Positions 1 to 11,760 of a DNA stretch of 48,640 bases are shown here, piece after piece. This stretch comes from Octopus sinensis. Its lineage: Eukaryota. Each line of letters opens with the position of its first letter. The first letter of the stretch is position 1. The notes below the pieces were generated by a model. It saw only the letters and a program-made list of their open reading frames with translations. It did no database searches and had not been told where the DNA came from. The translations under genes and the position numbers were made by a program. The DNA lies in the NCBI RefSeq assembly GCF_006345805.1, contig NW_021834415.1, positions 1 through 48,640 on the forward strand, in the 5' to 3' direction.

Positions 1-670
1 CCGGGGAATTTTCTTATATTATATCTGAAAATTGGTATTCCATTCGTTAAAGAATCGTATAATTCAGTGTAGTTTCCAAGAGCTTTCATATTTTTCTGAA
101 GGTGTTCCTTACAATCCCTATTAATTAGAAAGTAGATCATGTCTTTAAGGTTTTTTGTAATAATTTCTGGGTCGACGAGACTTCTAATCTGTTCATCCAT
201 TCGAAAAACGAAACTGATAAAATCGAAGCCCAAATATTTCAGTGTCCTTTCTTCCATGGCTTCCCTTCCACGAATGAAATTTTTCTCGGTGACGTATATC
301 TGGTATTTATTCAGATCCTGTTTTAGCGCCCATTGTTCTTTAGTGATGTTATACAAATTGCTAATGATTTCAATTTGGCTGTTGATACGATTGGAGAGAT
401 CGACATCGAAGAAAGCTTTAATTGGGCGAAAACTGTTTTCAAGGTTGATTAACAAATCCCTTGTTCTGTTGAAGACTTTGAGTTGCATGCGGTTGGTGAC
501 TTCTCTGGCTCGAATGAATTTTTCTTTGACGCCGGTACTCAAGATGCGATTCATGAGAGACTGAACGGCGTAAGTCGATGTCGTGGCATAAGAGACTGTT
601 GGCTCAAACAGTAAAGATTTGCACGGAACTGGACAAACGCACGTTTTGCGTACAAGATCCAATATTTCAG
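1..670 (-). CDS. DEG/ENaC channel long exon (end of thumb plus long insertion; runs off the window)
   Basis: Acceptor ttttgtAG|CT, then 222 codons without a stop to position 1: EILDLVRKTCVCPVPCKSLLFEPTVSYATTSTYAVQSL...IPIFRYNIRKFP. CxCPVPC and SYA are family motifs. Confidence 0.9.
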
Positions 671-708
671 CTACAAAACAAGAAACAAAAATGCATGTGT
701 GTGCTTAT

Positions 709-726
709 ATAATAATAATAATAATA

Positions 727-778
<52 letters not shown>

Positions 779-951
779 TAATAATAATACCAAGTACAAC
801 ACTAAGTAAAAAACTAAATATATGGCACCATAGGCATAGCACCAACACGAACTTCCAACTTGTTGTCTCTTGAGGTCTCTGGGTGAGACTTGGAGCCAGC
901 TTATGCAAATATAAAACAAAAGTCAAACATAGAATAATAATAATAATAATG

Positions 952-1012
<61 letters not shown>

Positions 1013-1014
1013 TG

Positions 1015-1072
<58 letters not shown>

Positions 1073-1077
1073 TAATA
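709..1077. repeat. Two (AAT)n microsatellite tracts (about 709-789 and 933-1077)
   Basis: Direct inspection; source of the poly-Ile/Leu/Tyr ORFs in the track. Confidence 0.95.
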
Positions 1078-1430
1078 GGTCACCATTGCCCTGATGCAGT
1101 ACCAGGCAGTGGCTTTCATGGTTGCCCTGATGCGATACCAGGCAGTAGCTCTCGTGGCTTCTGGTCTTAACTGATTGGAAGTGTTATCATGTACATAGTT
1201 TTGTCTTGGTATAAAAGATGGGCTACAGCAAATATTCTTCTCAATACCACAGATTTGCTTGTCAGTTGTTTGACCTTAACCTGTTGAGTATGTCCCTTAG
1301 TGCTGACGATATGTGCATCTCTGATCACGAGCAGAAGTAGTGGGGGAGCATCATAGCCATGTGTTGAGAGGGATTCTTTGGGGTTTGAATAACATGGGCT
1401 GGAAACATGGGTGTTTCGTTCAACGTCCTT
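1078..1430. mobile_element. Interspersed repeat abutting (AAT)n, truncated copy
   Basis: High identity to 14299-14580 (caggcagtggct...gatcacgagcagaagtagtggggga...gtttcgttca); has a 36-bp internal tandem duplication at 1087/1123. Confidence 0.85.
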
Positions 1431-1489
1431 TAGAAACGGGTGTAATGAATTGACATCTGCCCTTCAACTGTTATATATATATATATATA

Positions 1490-2520
1490 TGTCTTGTTCC
1501 TTGGTTTGTGTCTATGTGTTTCGTCTCTCTATGTGTTCGACGTCTTTTTGGGTCCTGTAACATATATGCGTGTATATTTACATGTAGAGGTAGGTACGTA
1601 CATATGTTTATATATATGCATATGTTCTATTTTATTACATATTATACGACTAAACGCACGCTCCCTATTAAGTAAGATTGTTTCTGTTTATCAAGTAGCC
1701 TTGATATTAACTCTCACGGCGACTCTGCATCTTTCTTTCTTTCTCTCCATTCCCTTTTTCGTCTTTTTTTTCCCTCACTTAACTTGTCTCTTCTTCCTCT
1801 CTCTCTCATTTCTTCATTCTCTCTCTCCCTTTCAACCATTCTTCATGGTCTCCTCGCACCATTCCCCTTCTTCTCTCTCTTCCTCTTGCTCCTCCTCCCC
1901 CCATTCCCGTCATCCATCTGCGACGATACTTCCGTCGTAACTGCTATCCTGTCCTTTCTCGCCCGCCTTGTAAGGCTTCTGGTCGACAAATTTTCCCTCT
2001 CTCGTCTTCCACGATAATCCAGCGTTGGCAATACTTTTTTTTTCTGCTGCGTTAACAGCCCTTCTTATCTTGTTCTCCTTGTCCTGTCTCTCACTGTTAT
2101 ATATTTTTTTTTCCACTGTTTATATATATATTTTTAACTGTTTATATGTTTGTACTGTCGTTACCGTCTTGCTTTTTTTTTACCCCTCTGCGAAAAGATC
2201 TCAGAATTTTAATTGATTTGCTTTTCGCGGGAAGGAATTTTTCTTCGAATAACGTCTCGCTTTTTATCCTTCGAAACGTTTAGTAGATGAAATCTTAGCG
2301 ACTGAAGAAGGGATTTTTCGTTGTGCTTATGTGTCCTGTATCTCTCTTTTTTTTTTCTTTTGCTTGTCTTGTTCCTTGGTTTGTGTCTATGTGTTTCGTC
2401 TCTCTATGTGTTCGACTCTTTTTGGTGTCCTGTACACATATATTCTTGTAAATTGTACATGTAGAGGTAGGTACGTACATATATGTTTATATATATGCAT
2501 ATGTTCTATTTTATTAACAT
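1490..2520. mobile_element. Element with ~150-bp direct terminal repeats (1490-1640, 2365-2520); Penelope pseudo-LTR-like
   Basis: tgtcttgttccttggtttgtgtctatg...gttctattttatta is repeated; flanked by (TA)n; degenerate ctgaagaagg / cgaaacgtt hammerhead-like words at 2270-2325. The family call is inference. Confidence 0.55.
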
Positions 2521-2540
2521 ATATATAGATAGATATATAC

Positions 2541-2636
<96 letters not shown>

Positions 2637-3284
2637 TATATATATATATATCTATATGAATGCCGAATGATGCATCGATTCCTAATTTCAAATTCAAATT
2701 TCGTTTCCCGCCAAATGTTGCGAAGAAATGATTATCTCCCCTGTAAAAAATATCCGCTAGAGAACCGCACAAACTTATATATTTATCTGTGATACTCATT
2801 CGCCTTGTTTCAATATTTTTCTTTAAATAATTCGCTCCGTTTATGTTTTCTATATTCTTCATTTCTAAAACGATTTTGTTTGAATTTTTTCCCCTCTGTT
2901 GCAGATATTGTAACAACTACCCTGAACCAGAGGAGTGCCTTTCATTTTGTGAATTTTTAAAATTAAACTTAACTATCCACGATTTTAATGTTTATATTGC
3001 TTTTAATTAAAAGCCATTCGTATTATCTAATAGATATATATCGTAGCTGCATGGCCGAAACGAATAAAAGAATATATACATGTATGTGTGTGTGTATTTG
3101 TGCATGTATGTATTTTGACAAGAGGCTATAACATTTCAAATTAACGGAATCTCTTATATAATGGGATTAACTGTTGAGGAAAAGTGATGTAGAAATTAAA
3201 CACATCGGTAATAAAATCGAATAAAAAACATATACATACATTATATGTTTGGATGTTTGCTAAATCCATCGTAAACATACTCAC

Positions 3285-3341
3285 CTTTATTCGGTAGATA
3301 ACAGTCCTGTTGTTGCTTTAGAGTACAGACAGGCGGGTAAT
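3285..3341 (-). CDS. DEG/ENaC channel 57-nt exon (thumb)
   Basis: Acceptor tttcatAAG|AT, donor G|GTgagt. Encodes (D)YPPVCTLKQQQDCYLPNK(A); phase 1/1 bridges the flanking exons and supplies two expected cysteines. Confidence 0.9.
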
Positions 3342-4109
3342 CTTATGAAATAAAATGAAATAGACAAATAATTATAGATACCTAATGAGATTTTTTTCAG
3401 TTTGGGGGCTAATTTTCAGGTAAAAGTGAAATATATGCCGAGATTCAGCTTGGAAAACTACATTAATATACCAAATTTTAAAATTTTCAGTAAACATTGA
3501 ATTTTTAAAAAATTGGAAGCCAAACTGAAAAGATCCACATAATGTTACATAAAATAGCAATAATTACTTATATAAACTGAAAAGAAATGGACCCCAGTCG
3601 GTTTCGACGACAAGTATTGATGTGTTCGATCAACTGAGCTATATACATGCTCATGGAATTTCTATACAAGGGTGACTAAGTACTTAACAGATACGTGTAC
3701 CCTTGACATAACTTCAGACGGAATCTATCCTGTATCTGTCTCCCCAACCTCACTCTCGGCGCTTAGATGGCCACGAGGGTATGATGAAAGGTAATTGCCA
3801 ACATATCAAGCACAGAGGACAAAATTGAGACCCTATGATTTTGAAGCGAAGCTTTTTAACCGTTCAGCCATTTCTAGACCTGGGTGAAGAGGATCAATGT
3901 GAAATAAAGGGTCTTGCTCAAGAACACAACCCACAGCTCGTTCTGGGAATCGAACTCTCTACCTCATAATTTGTGGGCCCAAAGCCATGTGCGTCTGTAT
4001 ATTTGTATGTATGTATGTATGTATGTATGTATGTATGTATGTATGTATGCACGTATGCATGCATGCATGCATGTATGTATGTAAATGTGTATGATATATA
4101 CACACACAC

Positions 4110-4167
<58 letters not shown>

Positions 4168-4229
4168 GATAGATAAATAGATAGATACATATACTTGTGT
4201 GTATTCGCCATGTTGGACTGCTGAATTCT

Positions 4230-4395
4230 ATAAGTTTTTTTCATTCTCTCTCTTTATTTTCTCGTATTCCTTTCCGTTTATGAGCGTAGACTCGAAACAT
4301 AAAAGACTTTTTCATTTTCCCGAGCGACATATTAATACACTTGCTTGTTGTTCTTACACTTGTCTCCGTCTTTTGTTTTTGTATAAGTTTCAACT
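4230..4395 (+). mobile_element. Penelope-like terminal repeat fragment (degenerate relative of 30905-31075)
   Basis: gagcgtagactcgaaacataaaagacttt aligns with gagcgtaggctcgaaacgtaaaagacttt at 30952; downstream sequence also aligns. Confidence 0.6.
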
Positions 4396-4529
4396 GCTTC
4401 ATACAAGCATACTGAGTAACCATGGGACAAAGTTTACAGTTAATTGTCTAATACAAAAATTGGTTACATAAAAAAAATTAAATTCACACACACTTTAGCT
4501 ATTTATACAAATCTTAACATTTATCTTAT

Positions 4530-4682
4530 TTCAGTTTCCGTCTACCAAATCCACTCACAAGGCTTTGGTTGGCCCGAGGCTATAGTAGAAGACATTTGCC
4601 CAAGGTGCTACGCAGTGGGACTGAACCCGGAATCATGTGGTTCGTAAGCAAGCTACTTACCACACACAGCCACTCCTACGCC
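4530..4682 (-). mobile_element. tRNA-derived SINE family A, 5' part
   Basis: Reverse complement of the ggcgtaggagtggctgtgtggtaag...ggttccgggttcagtccc head seen at 17052. Confidence 0.9.
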
Positions 4683-4867
4683 TTTTTATATATATATGTA
4701 TTAATATTAATAATATATATATATATATATAATATATATATTACATATATATATACATACATATATATACATACACACACACACATATATATATATATAC
4801 ATATACATATATATATATGTATATATATGTATATAATATGTATATATATATTATGTATATATATATG

Positions 4868-4960
<93 letters not shown>

Positions 4961-5295
4961 GCGGTGACACATAGAGCAAGAGGTACACCTGCTGCTGCAA
5001 TTGATGGAAATTACACAAGACTTACAGAATAAATACTTTTAAGATCAGTTACAACTAGCACGTACATACGTACATTCCTTTCAGTAAAGAAACAGCGCCA
5101 AAATGTGTGTGCATGTGTGTGTGTGTGTGTTATTTTATAAATGAATGGCAAAAGAACCAGGAATTACGTCATCCCAATCATTAGTTCTCAGATGCCTCTT
5201 CTATAAATAAGCATGCACCATGAGCTGATTGGCAAACAGTTGCAAACAGACGAAAGCGATTAGAAAGTTCTTTTAGTCATTCATTTATCAATTGA

Positions 5296-5601
5296 CTAGC
5301 AGTATCGCCCGGCGTTGCTCGGGTTTGTAAGGGAAATAGCTATATAAACATTTTTAGAGAGTTACTTCCCTTATATAACTCGAGCAAAAATCATTAAAAA
5401 TGCGGAAAAATGATGGTAATTTGTTTTTAAATGGTAGACTCATCGTAGACGCGCGCTAATACCCAGAAGGGCTCGATATGAATGACGACTATAAGATACC
5501 TGCTTTTGGTTAAACTGCACCGCAAAATGTGGGAGTAGTTAGGAATCTAAATCGGAGGAGACAGAGTCTCACACACACAACTTCAATTTTATATATAAAG
5601 A
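5296..5601 (-). mobile_element. Non-autonomous Helitron-type element (306 bp)
   Basis: On the minus strand: A|TC...subterminal GC hairpin cccgagcaacgccggg...CTAG|T, no TSD; near-identical inverted copy at 28326-28630. Confidence 0.8.
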
Positions 5602-5776
5602 TTTTACTGTATTGCCGGTTCACCGTAAAGTATAAATGTATAGATTGCTAACAACTGGTTGTGAATACTGGTATGGCTAAGTGATATTATAATACATACA
5701 TACTTACATATATGCGTGCGTATTGTGTGTGTGTGTGTGTGTTGTGTGTTGTGTGTGTGTCTTCTATATAAAAAAA

Positions 5777-5902
5777 GGCGCAGGAGTGGCTGTGTGGTAT
5801 GTAGCTTGCTTCCCAACCACATGGTTCCGGGTTCATTCCCACTGCGTGGCACCTTGCGCAAGAATTGTAGACGGAAACTGAAAGAAGCCCATCGTATATA
5901 TG

Positions 5903-5945
<43 letters not shown>

Positions 5946-6128
5946 AAATGTTTATGTATCTGTGTTTGTCCCCCCAACATCGCTTGACATCCGATGTTGG
6001 TGTCTTTACGTCCCCGTAACTTAGCGGTTTGGCCTAAGAGACCGATAAAATAAGTACTAGGTATACAAAAAAAGTTCTGGGGTCGATTTGCTCGACTAAA
6101 GGCGGTGCTCCAGCATGGCCGCAGTCAA
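5777..6128 (+). mobile_element. SINE family A with internal deletion
   Basis: Head ggagtggctgtgtgg, internal (TA)(TG) tract, tail ggcggtgctccagcatggccgcagtc. Confidence 0.9.
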
Positions 6129-6135
6129 AAACGTC

Positions 6136-6258
6136 AGGATAGGGAAGGCAGCAACAACTTTTGGGAGGCTGACAAAGCGAGTATGGAAGAACAAGAGATT
6201 AGACATCAAGACAAAGATCAGGATTTATGAAACATGTGTTCTCAGCACACTCCTCTAT
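6136..6258 (+). mobile_element. RTE-clade LINE reverse transcriptase C-terminal fragment
   Basis: Open frame RIGKAATTFGRLTKRVWKNKRLDIKTKIRIYETCVLSTLLY matches the RTE/BovB-type RIxKA...F.RL...VW...TK..Y...VLS.LLY motif. Confidence 0.8.
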
Positions 6259-6343
6259 GAATTTGAGCAGGTATACTAGGAATTGAAACCAGATTTTGCG
6301 ATCGTGAGAGCAACACCCTAACCATTGTGCCATGCACCCCGTC

Positions 6344-6384
<41 letters not shown>

Positions 6385-6404
6385 TACGCACACACACACA
6401 CATA

Positions 6405-6768
6405 CAGGATGCGATGTCACCGTTTTATATTTCTAATTTTGCGCATGCACAATGTTTATGATTTTTTTGTCGACTACACAGTATGGTAGGGTCAGTTGAG
6501 CACCGTCTGTGAGAAAAAGCAGCATTATGACGAAATTCGCAGAAATTTGGAAACGACATGCTGTACTGGTTGGCATTCGCGCCGGAAGCTCCAACACGAA
6601 TATTTCAGAGTGTTTAGGTGTCAATCTGAGGATAGTGTACTCGCCATTAACCTTTAGTACTTCAAGATATTTTTATGTAATTTTGTTAAATATATCTGTT
6701 AAAATGAGACGTCAGTGTTATATTTCATTTTTGCGTAATTTAGACGATAGTTTATTCACCGCACCCTG
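6405..6768 (+). mobile_element. Internally deleted Tc1/mariner element with TA flanks
   Basis: TA|caggatgcgatg...tcaccgcaccctg|TA imperfect TIRs; retains the transposase N-terminus MTKFAEIWKRHAVLVGIRAGSSNTNISECLGVNLRIVY. Confidence 0.75.
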
Positions 6769-6794
6769 TACACACGCACACATACACACACACA

Positions 6795-6839
<45 letters not shown>

Positions 6840-7276
6840 TTATATATCTCTATTCTTTTATTCTTTCAAATGTTTCAATGATCTGCGGTCAAGTTGGTGC
6901 ATCGGCCGTTGGGCTGCGGTACACAGACTAGCGTAGCTAGGGGGAGGGGTTGTAGAAGCAGTCCGCCCCGGGTGGCACACACTCTAGCTACGCTAGTGAG
7001 CACACACACACACATACACACACGCGCGCGCGCGCGCACACACACACACACACACACAGTCGATTGTATATCGCTGAAAGATATGCAGTCAGCTGTCAGC
7101 TACATGAACCAAAAATGAAGGAATATATAAATATATAAGTCTGGTGCTTTCGAATATTAGTACCCTGTGAGGTATTTTTGGCAATAATACATCATCATTC
7201 TTGCCACTAGAAATGAATAGAACCAGTGTATTTGCCCTGTTGTAAAGGACGACCAACGATAAAATAGTACTCTGAA

Positions 7277-7418
7277 CAGGTGTACTAGGAAATGAAACCA
7301 GATTTTGCGATCGTGAGAGCAACACCCTAACCATTGTGCCATGCACCCCGTCTCTTTCTGTTTGTCTGTCACTCTTTCTGTCTGTCTCTCTGTCTGTCTG
7401 TCTGTCTCTCTCTCTCTT

Positions 7419-7449
<31 letters not shown>

Positions 7450-7732
7450 TACAGGATGCGATGTCACCATTTTATATTTTTAATTTTGCGCATGCACAAT
7501 GTTTATGATTTTTTGTCGACTACACAGTATGGTAGGGTCAGTTGAGCACCGTCTGTGAGAAAAACAGCATTATGACGAAATTCACAGAAATTTGGAAACG
7601 ACATGCTGTACTGGTTGGCATTCGCGCCGGAAGCTCCAATACGAATATTTCAGAGTGTTTAGGTGTCAATCTGAGGATAGTGTACTTGCTATTGACCTTT
7701 AGTATTTCAAGATATTTTTATGTAATTTTGTT
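7277..7732 (+). repeat. Local duplicate of 6268-6687 (SINE piece + microsatellite + mariner 5' end)
   Basis: Colinear near-identity, including the junctions between unrelated modules. Confidence 0.9.
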
Positions 7733-7823
7733 CTCGGGCCGACCAATGCCTTGTGAGTGGATTTGGTAGACGGAAACTGAAATATGAAATAAGATTAGAA
7801 TATATATAGATAGAATAGCCTAC

Positions 7824-7977
7824 CATTTTTATGAGGCATGTAAAAAAGCCTGCAGTTGCATCTCTCATTTAGTCTCGTCGTGAAACAGTCAATTTCACAA
7901 TTTTCTGGGGTGTACATTGAGAAATATTTTAAGTCGCGTGTACTGCAAAGCCCTCTCGGTTTAGGAAGGTTGCTCAA
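7824..7977 (-). CDS. DEG/ENaC channel exon (Cys-rich thumb)
   Basis: Acceptor ttctccAG|, donor G|GTaggc. Encodes LSNLPKPRGLCSTRDLKYFSMYTPENCEIDCFTTRLNERCNCRLFYMPHKN with the canonical thumb cysteine spacing. Confidence 0.94.
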
Positions 7978-8039
7978 CTGGAGAAGAGAAGAACATCAAG
8001 AACACAACATAAAAACTAAGGCCTGAAGTTTTGCGGGAG

Positions 8040-8210
8040 GGGACTAGTTGATTACATCGACCACAGAATTTCACTGGTATTTAATTTATCGACCCCGAAA
8101 GGGTGACAGGCAAAGTCAATCTCAGCGGAATTTGAACTCAGAACGTAGCGACAGGTGAAATACCACTAAGCATTTCGTCCAGAGTGCTAACGACTCTGCC
8201 AGCTCACCGC
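8040..8210 (-). mobile_element. SINE family B, degenerate
   Basis: ttatcgaccccgaaagg...ggaatttgaactcagaacgt...gccagctcaccgc motifs shared with many copies in the window. Confidence 0.8.
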
Positions 8211-8214
8211 TTTA

Positions 8215-8376
8215 GGGGCTGCAATAGGGGTGGAGCACTTGCAGAAAACAGCACTGCTTGGAACCGCTCGAATACTCCGGAAGGTGCTCGAAAAATAAGA
8301 GGTGTTACCTTAGTCCACTGGTAGTGAACAGCTGACACTGTAGTGTATCTCAAGCGTTAGAAGCTGTGCAAAGGCA

Positions 8377-8378
<2 letters not shown>
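8215..8378 (+). mobile_element. 3' end of an R4/Dong-like RLE LINE, running into (GAT)n(AAT)n
   Basis: VEHLQKTALLGTARILRKVLEK* C-terminus, short 3' UTR, microsatellite tail 8378-8472. Confidence 0.75.
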
Positions 8379-8475
<97 letters not shown>

Positions 8476-8669
8476 GAAGTGAAGTACAACCAGTGTATAT
8501 GTTTAGTATAGGTCCTCCCGAGATATAACAAAGAATAGAGTATAACGGAATAAATTAGCATAATATGGAATGAAACGAAACGATACGACGTATTCTGATT
8601 AAATAAATTCAAATTAAATTGAATTACAGAATTCCATGCAAATAGCTAGAATCGAGATGTTTGACTTAC

Positions 8670-8851
8670 AGAAATTATTTTCAAACCCACAAACGCATGC
8701 GCTCCGGTTGGGGTTGCCAAACCAAGTTCACGGACTTTGGGGAACTCGTCTTCGTTGTGCATCAATATTTTGATACCCGCAGCATTGTTAGGTCCCGGCA
8801 TATATTCATATTGCTCAACATTCAAGATTAGACGTAAACCGTTTTCAGCTC
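8670..8851 (-). CDS. DEG/ENaC channel exon (beta-ball/palm)
   Basis: Acceptor aacttcAG|GA, donor TCT|GTaagt. Encodes GAENGLRLILNVEQYEYMPGPNNAAGIKILMHNEDEFPKVRELGLATPTGAHAFVGLKIIS, matching G..GL.L.LN.EQ.EY...AG.K..H..E.P. Confidence 0.94.
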
Positions 8852-9057
8852 CTGAAGTTAAAGAATTCGCAAGGGAAGAGAAAAAGAAAAATGAAAATAA
8901 ATAAATGATATAACTGAACGCCTACCGTATTCACCGGCGGATAAGGCGCATTTAATTTTATATTTAAACTAGCAGTTGCTCGGATTTGTTTCGACCCTTG
9001 AGAAATGGAATTTTTGAAAAGTAAAAATTTTGCATTATGTTGCTTGTTATTCTCTTA

Positions 9058-9365
9058 ATCGACCCCGAAAGGATGAAAGGCAAAGTCGACCTCGGCGGAA
9101 TTTGAACTCAGAACGTAGCGGCAGACGAAATACCTATATCTTTACTACCCACAAGGGGCTAAACACAGAGGGGACAAACTAGGACAGACGAACGGATTAA
9201 GTTGATTACATCGACCCCAGTGCTTAACTGGTACTTAATTTATCGACCCTGAAAGGATGAAAGGCAAAGTCGACCTCGGCGGAATTTGAACTCAGAACGT
9301 AACGGCAGATGAAATACGGCTACGCATTTCGCCCGGCGTGCTAACGTTTCTGCCAGCTCGCCGCC
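9058..9365 (-). mobile_element. SINE family B, partial dimer
   Basis: Body repeated after the junction gtaaagatatag|gtatttcgtctgc (minus strand). Confidence 0.9.
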
Positions 9366-9647
9366 TACAGAAAATAAAATATTGTAAACAAACCAAATAA
9401 TCACAGTCAGCACAAACTTATGAAAAAGTACTTGATGGTAATGACAGTGATACTGATGGTGATGTTGTTGTTGCTGTTAGTGATGGTGGTGGTGGTGGTA
9501 CTGAGAGAGGTGTTGTTAATTTTGTTGTTGTTGTTGTTGTTGGTGGTGGTGGTGATAATGGCGGGGCTGTTGTCGCTGGTGGTGGTCGTATTGTTATAAT
9601 TATGAAATATTTATTCGAGATACTAATATCATTTACACACACACACG

Positions 9648-9709
<62 letters not shown>

Positions 9710-9918
9710 ACACACACACACACACGCACACAACTTTTGAATTTAATGATTACTGTCGGATTTATATACAAAGATGATATTGAAGCTGGAACGAATTTTC
9801 GACTGGCTGCGGTAGGTTCCAGTTGTTTTTTAAAATTGTAGCAACACTGCCGGGTATAAAACCTGGTAACATTCTTCTTATTCTGGTTAATCACTATGTA
9901 CTAAAAAGGCGAAGTATT

Positions 9919-10241
9919 TATCCATCCATCCATCCATCCATACCTACCTACCTACCTACCTACCTACTACCTACCTACCTACCTACATACCTACCTACCT
10001 ACCTACACACATACATACAAAGATATATACATGCATGTATGAATACATATGTATGTATGTATGCATACATACATATGTACAAACGTACGTACGTCTGTAC
10101 ATAAACACACACATACATACATACGTACGTACGTCCATACACACATACATACATACATACATACACACACACAGACGTAAGTACATACACTCATACATAC
10201 AAACAGACGTACATACATACATACACACAGACGTACGTACA

Positions 10242-10275
<34 letters not shown>

Positions 10276-10385
10276 CATGCATACAGACAGACAGACGACA
10301 GACAGACAGACAGACAGACAGAGGTACGTACGTACATACATACATACATACATACATACATACATACATACATACATACATACAT

Positions 10386-10419
<34 letters not shown>

Positions 10420-10534
10420 GTACGTACATACATACATACATACATACATACATACATACATACATACATACATACATACATACATACATGCATACATATA
10501 CACAGACGTACGTACATACATTCATACATACGTA
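9919..10534. repeat. Compound tetranucleotide microsatellite (CATC/CTAC/CATA/CAGA)n
   Basis: Direct inspection. Confidence 0.95.
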
Positions 10535-10559
10535 TTATGTATATTTTACATATAACTAT

Positions 10560-11760
10560 TTCGGAGGGAATATTCCAATTTTGTTTATTTTGGCATTGAA
10601 TCCATTATCATTCCTGCTACAAAAATCAAATGGCTACATGTTTGTGTATGCAACAGATGAAGACGCCAATGTAACACTCAGTTGCTTTGTGGATGGCCTG
10701 AAGGTCTAGGCTAAAGCAATTGTTTACAATACCAGAAAGAAATAAAAAAAAAAGCAGCTGGAATTAATTTCATTTTTACCTGACACAGGAATGGAACTTT
10801 GCCAAAAGAAATGTTCATATTTGATTGTCAGTCACTGAAACTCAAAATCTGTGCATCAACAGTCTCTGTATTTCTTTTGTTTGACACAAAGAACGATACA
10901 AATGTCTAGGCCAGTGCTTTTCAACCTTTTTACTGGAGCGGAACCCCAAGAAAACATTTCACTGGCTCGAGGAACCCCTGTGCAATAATTTCAATTGTCT
11001 TATGCACACATATCTGCACAGGAGAATTAAAAATTACTGTCGATTTTAGCAATTTTGTATCTTCTTGCGGAAACCCTGGACTGTACTGGCGGAACCCTAA
11101 GGTTCCGCGGAACCCTGGTTGAAAACCACTGGTCTAGGCATTGATGAAAACATATTTAAAAGTGATGTGGGTAAAGATAGACAGACCCGAGAATATTGCG
11201 CAAGATTTGGAAAAGTTTGATAGTCAGAACTCGCCTCTTACAAAAAGACAGCATCCCAAAAGACATACGCCATACCAGAACTGATTCTAGAACTTTGTAT
11301 ACTTGATTGGACTGAAGAAGAAATCTACTCCATAGACATTAAACCCGCAAGATCTTGAGGACATCTGGAAACCTCCACAGAAACAGTGATATTGTCAGTC
11401 TCTACCTAAGGAGAGATAAAGGAGGTAAAGGCTTTAGGTCAGTGCGAACAGCCTTCAGTATCGTACAGTCTCTCCCAGACAGCACCTGCGAAACAAAAGC
11501 AGGTGGAATTAAAACATAACCTTATTGCTAAAACCTGAAGAGGACATCATATGTGTCGGCAATGAGCTCTCCAAGAAGCCTTCTGTTCCTGGTGAATATT
11601 GGATATGTATTATATGTGATCACGTTCTTAACACCGACCGCTTCTTACGACTTGTGTCATATGTCACAAAATTTGTAAGACAATATCTGGACTTAAAAGG
11701 CATATGCTAGTTCTAAAAAAAAAACATTCCTACAGAATCAGACTCCAAAAGGCAAAGATA
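10560..11760 (+). mobile_element. Degenerate R4/Dong-like RLE LINE, reverse transcriptase region
   Basis: [13 protein letters not shown] and CFVDGLKV (decayed F.DDLK.Y) upstream; DWTEEEIYSIDIK and GNLHRNSDIVSLYLRRDKGGKGFRSV downstream, the latter homologous to HPKADVDRLYLPRSSGGRG at 45700. Frameshifted. Confidence 0.75.
10912..11131. mobile_element. hAT-superfamily MITE (220 bp) with 8-bp TSD
   Basis: TIRs CAGTGCTTTTCAACC / GGTTGAAAACCACTG; identical gtctaggc at 10904-10911 and 11132-11139. Confidence 0.93.

Noticed and set aside
139-564. 141-aa plus-strand ORF
   Set aside because: Antisense shadow of the minus-strand channel exon 670-1, which carries the family motifs and a proper acceptor.
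2629-2916. 95-aa minus-strand ORF
   Set aside because: No recognisable motif, no role in the splice chain, and it ends in (TA)n.
9995-10709. Long MYVC/HTYI ORFs here and similar ones elsewhere (poly-I/L/Y/H/D/T, SLSL)
   Set aside because: Translations of microsatellites that lack stop codons by construction.
11525-11760. BEL/Pao LTR retrotransposon fragment (RFLRLVSYVTKFV)
   Set aside because: Flanking frames give clearer RLE-LINE motifs ([13 protein letters not shown]-like, LY..R..GG.G).
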